Assembly: GCA_043228905.1 (NCBI GenBank)
Contig: JBHGNT010000010.1
Location: 3,782,001-3,846,000 of the forward strand
DNA length: 64,000 bases
From: Azolla caroliniana
Lineage: Eukaryota > Plantae > Polypodiophyta
Reading direction: 5' to 3'
In this document: positions 60,551-64,000 of the stretch, piece by piece
Position numbering within the stretch: position 1 is the stretch's first letter
Layout of the letters: every line of letters starts with the position of its first letter
Notes under the pieces: generated by a model
Databases searched by the model: none
The model's input: only the letters and a program-made list of their open reading frames with translations
What the model was told of the DNA's origin: nothing
Translations under genes and position numbers: made by a program

Positions 60551-62208
60551 TCCTGCTGTTCGTCAAGACGGTGGACGAGCGGGACCGGGATCAAGTCGGC
60601 TCCTTGCTGGAAACCGAAGACGGGCTGACGACCGACTGGGTAGCGGTTAAGAGAGTCTGTGGCCGTTTCGACAAACGGCGAGAATGGGCTGATAACGGGG
60701 CGGCCGGTGCGGGGTCTGCCACAGCAAGGAGGCTTGAACCGCCTTCGCAAGGGCGAAGGGAAGAAACCCGGGAATGGCTCGAAACCGGCCCGGCTTCGAC
60801 CGGCATGGTCAGTGGCTCGTCCGGAGGAGCAGCGCTGGAGGAGTTGACACGGGCGATAAAGGATCTCCAGATCTCCCAGACTCAAAGGGAAGGCGGCGAA
60901 CCGGCTCGTGACCGACGGCCGGTAGTAGGGAACAGGTGCATGTGGTGCGACGAGGTCGGCCACATCCGGAAGGACTGCGGCGATTTCGCAGAAGCGTTGA
61001 GGAACCGGGTGGTGTACCTGTGGGAAGGCCGGGTGCACGCCGGCGACACCAGGAGGGCCCTGAACCGAAACGATGGGCGAGGAGGTATGAAGAGACTGAT
61101 GGAAGAGGCAGCGGCCCGACACGTAGAGGCCATCCACTACTCGGCGTCGGCCGGAATTCGGGTCGGGGGCAGTGAGGCCCGAACAAAGGGCAAAGACGGA
61201 TTCTGGTCGGCAATGCTGGGAGGTCTTGCCGGCGCACGGCTAAGGAAAGATGAAACGGACCATGCTGAGAGACGGGTCCGGGAAATAACCGGGTGGAGCG
61301 ATCCGGTCGAGGAGAAGACGAGCTTCGTAGAAGCCGCCTGCCGGAACTACGAGGCTCTGGTAGAAGACAAACGAGTGGGGAAAGTCGGAGCGACCGGGCC
61401 CTCACAACGGTACGAGACCCGATTTGGGCAACGTCGGAACGATGCCGGCGGGCCCACCTCGCAAGATAACCCTAGGAAGGGCGGATACCGACTGGGGACG
61501 GAAATAGAAAGGACTACGAACCTACGAAAGGTCCTGGAAGAACGGATCCTCGACAGCAAGGTGGAGCTGTCATTGCGGGAGGTGCTAGGCATCGCCAAGA
61601 AGGAGTTCCACGACTCCATTGTAGACTTGGTGAAACGGAAGAGGCTGTCGACGGAGACGGATCCGGAAAGACCGGTAGAGGTGCGGACAACGCACATCGA
61701 CGACTCGGCGCTGGCAGATGAGTGGGCGGAGAGCCACTATTCGAGGCCACACTGGGCCCGAGCGACCACGGAGACCCCGGTAAAGATCGGAGATGTTCGG
61801 GAACCGGTGGTGGCATTGGTGGACCACGGTTCGGAAATAAACCTGATGTCCATGGACTTCTATAAAAAGGGGAAGTGGCTGATCAACACCAAGCACGGGT
61901 GGAAGATACGGGCGGCGACGCGCGCCACTGAGGAACTGCATGGGGCCTGCCCGAACGTGCAAGTCAAGATCGGCGACGTCGAGATTGACCAACACTTCTT
62001 CGTACAGGAGACGTCTTCGCACCCGGTCATATTAGGTGAACCATACATCACGGTGGCGCGAATGGAGACCAAGGTGCTAGACAACGGTTCGGCCTACGCA
62101 AGGGTCAAAAGCCAGGACGGGCGCCATTCGGTCCAATTTCTGACCGTGAGACCGAACCACGAGCGGAACCGCGAATCCCTCGGTGGCGAGAACCGGGAGG
62201 ATTTTTAG
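60550..62208 (+). CDS. gag: Gag-protease ORF1 (5'-truncated) of a tRNA-Trp-type gypsy element
   Basis: VLLFVKTVD, knuckle CMWCDEVGHIRKDC, protease VALVDHGSEINLMS and VILGEPY; ends REDF*. The first ~36 codons of the called ORF are integrase from the preceding fragment. Confidence 0.85.
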   Translation, partial: VLLFVKTVDERDRDQVGSLLETEDGLTTDWVAVKRVCGRFDKRREWADNGAAGAGSATARRLEPPSQGRREETREWLETGPASTGMVSGSSGGAALEELTRAIKDLQISQTQREGGEPARDRRPVVGNRCMWCDEVGHIRKDCGDFAEALRNRVVYLWEGRVHAGDTRRALNRNDGRGGMKRLMEEAAARHVEAIHYSASAGIRVGGSEARTKGKDGFWSAMLGGLAGARLRKDETDHAERRVREITGWSDPVEEKTSFVEAACRNYEALVEDKRVGKVGATGPSQRYETRFGQRRNDAGGPTSQDNPRKGGYRLGTEIERTTNLRKVLEERILDSKVELSLREVLGIAKKEFHDSIVDLVKRKRLSTETDPERPVEVRTTHIDDSALADEWAESHYSRPHWARATTETPVKIGDVREPVVALVDHGSEINLMSMDFYKKGKWLINTKHGWKIRAATRATEELHGACPNVQVKIGDVEIDQHFFVQETSSHPVILGEPYITVARMETKVLDNGSAYARVKSQDGRHSVQFLTVRPNHERNRESLGGENREDF

Positions 62209-62264
62209 AGAGGGCTGCCAAGGCGTGGGGCCGAGACAGTCCGGACACTCGGGAAAGACCCCAC
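62199..62264 (+). promoter_or_regulatory. Predicted -1 ribosomal frameshift signal (G GAU UUU plus H-type pseudoknot)
   Basis: Heptamer 62199-62205 followed by UAG. Stem 1 GGGCUGCC (62212-62219) / GACAGUCC (62235-62242); loop GUGGGG (62225-62230) pairs with CCCCAC (62259-62264). Confidence 0.75.
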
Positions 62265-64000
62265 AGCTGTACGATAGAACCGAAACCGAAGAAACCTTGT
62301 ACGATAGGTAGAAAATTCTGCTTCTCCGGCAACGGAGGGTGTATGATAGTTGGCATCGTTGGGCGAGAAAAGACAAGGGCGGAAGTGCGACTTCGAGCGT
62401 GCGGAGTTCTCGGCCCGGACGAGGAAATCAGCGGAGCTGTGGAGGCAGTGTCCTTCGACGACACCTTGGGGATGCTGAGGAAGGTTGCCAGAGAAGACCT
62501 TAACGAAGACCGGACGATACCGGTATGTTCCAAAGAGATGTACGAAGTCATCGCGAACTTCAGTCGGGGGCTCGGGTCGGATCGGACGGCCCGAGTTAGC
62601 ACAAAGTACAAGGCTGTGGACCGGAAGGTAAGGCCAGTCGCGGCACCCTTACCGGAGGGCAGCGAGTCCCGGATCAGAGGGGTTGCGTCGGACCCCAGTT
62701 TACGAGATCCGGCCTGCATAGGACACACCTTCACTGACGGGACGCTCCGGGAGCTCAAAATTGGTGGGGGCGGGTTCCTACTGCCGGCGGAGGAAGACCG
62801 GTTTCGGAGGATGCTCGAAAGGCACGGGAAAGCCTTCGCATTCTCACCGGAAGAGATCGGGTGCGTAGACCCGACGATCGTGGAGCCGATGGTGATATTC
62901 ACGGTACCGCATGTGTCGTGGAATCTCAAGCCGATTCCGGTACCGAGAGCTCACATCCCGAGGTTGATGGAGCTTTTGAGGCAGAAAGTAGATATGGGCA
63001 TTCTCGAACCGTCGAGTGCCCCATACTCGAACCGATGGTTTACCGTACCAAAGAAAAACGGAACGATGCGCTTCATTCAAGACCTGCAGCCGGTCAACAG
63101 AGTGACCATTCGGAACGCAGGAATCGGACCGACCATAGACGAGTTCGCGGAGGCCTTCGCCGGAAGGTCGATTTACTCGGTTGGTGATCTGTACTCGGGG
63201 TACAACCAGTTCCAGCTAGCCGTGGAGAGCAGAGACATTACGACGATGCGAACTCCCCTCGGCCTAGTGCGAATGTGTACCCTGCCACAAGGAGGGACCA
63301 ACTCGGTGGCCCACATGGTGAATGCAATGAACAAGGTACTGAGGGATTGCATCCCGGACATCACCATGTCGTTTCTAGACGACATCCCTATCAAAGGGTG
63401 CCCGGTGGAAGAGAAGGACGAGACAGTCGGGCCGGACGGATGCCGGCGATTCGTGGCAACACACATCGACGACTGCGAGAAGGTGCTACAAAGTCTAGAG
63501 GATGCGAGGCTCACCTTCTCCGGGGAGAAATCGGCCTTCGGGCAATCAGAAATCCTGGTGGTCGGGCACCTATGTGGACCATATGGCCGGAAGCCGTCTT
63601 CGGCAAAGGTAGAAGCCATCTCCGCGATGAAGACCGATTGCAGCTCGGTTACGGAAGTTCGGAGGTTCCTGGGGGCATGCGCGTTCTACCACATATGGAT
63701 CCCGCATTACGCCCACGTTGCGGAGCCACTATACGGGTTGCTGAAGAAGGGGCGAAGATTCGAGTGGCGAGACGAGCACACGGAGTCGGTCCGGAAGCTA
63801 AAGGAAGCTCTTGCGGCAGCACCGGCGCTCCGGAAGGCTGTCTACAAGAAGGGTACCCCGGTATACATAACGGTGGATACGAGCCCGACCGGGATCGGAT
63901 GGGTCGTCAACCAAGAAGACGAGGACGGCACCCGGTTCCCGATCCGATTCGGCGCTAAGGTCCTCAGTGAGCGACAGCGAGGGTACGCCCAAGTTAAACG
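62199..64000 (+). CDS. pol: pol ORF2 (RT, RNase H) in the -1 frame, apparently open to the window end
   Basis: No stop seen from the slippery site through VEAVSFDDTLG, NRWFTVPKKNG, YSVGDLYSGY, MCTLPQGGTNS, FLDD and TVDTSPTGIGW. Confidence 0.85.

Noticed and set aside
60442-62208. Novel 588-aa integrase-gag fusion protein
   Set aside because: The N-terminal ~36 aa come from a decayed integrase joined by a deletion; no evidence for a functional gene.

Overview
Eukaryotic, plant-type heterochromatin made almost entirely of nested transposable elements. A bryophyte such as a moss is the most likely source, but that is inferred from element types and primer sites. No host genes, rRNA or CRISPR arrays were found. 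Main components: (1) a decayed Tcn1-like Ty3/gypsy element split by a hAT-type MITE that itself holds a solo LTR; (2) a family of tRNA-Trp-primed gypsy elements (autonomous, non-autonomous and solo LTRs) that insert into each other at RCGY sites with 4-bp TSDs; (3) an 18-kb Sola2-like DNA transposon (17602-35574; 25-bp TIRs, TTTG TSD) with a spliced DDD transposase, a convergent spliced cargo gene (RING plus FCP1/NIF-like pseudo-phosphatase) and introns filled with palindromic TAGCTAATTAGCTA arrays; (4) a young Tnt1-like copia element inside that transposon; (5) a very young chromovirus with LTRs that differ at about one site; (6) a truncated Tat/Ogre-like element. The best candidates for undescribed biology are the cargo-carrying Sola2 element and a conserved GGAUUUU plus pseudoknot -1 frameshift signal lying between protease and RT in two diverged tRNA-Trp gypsy copies. 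All coordinates were read by eye.
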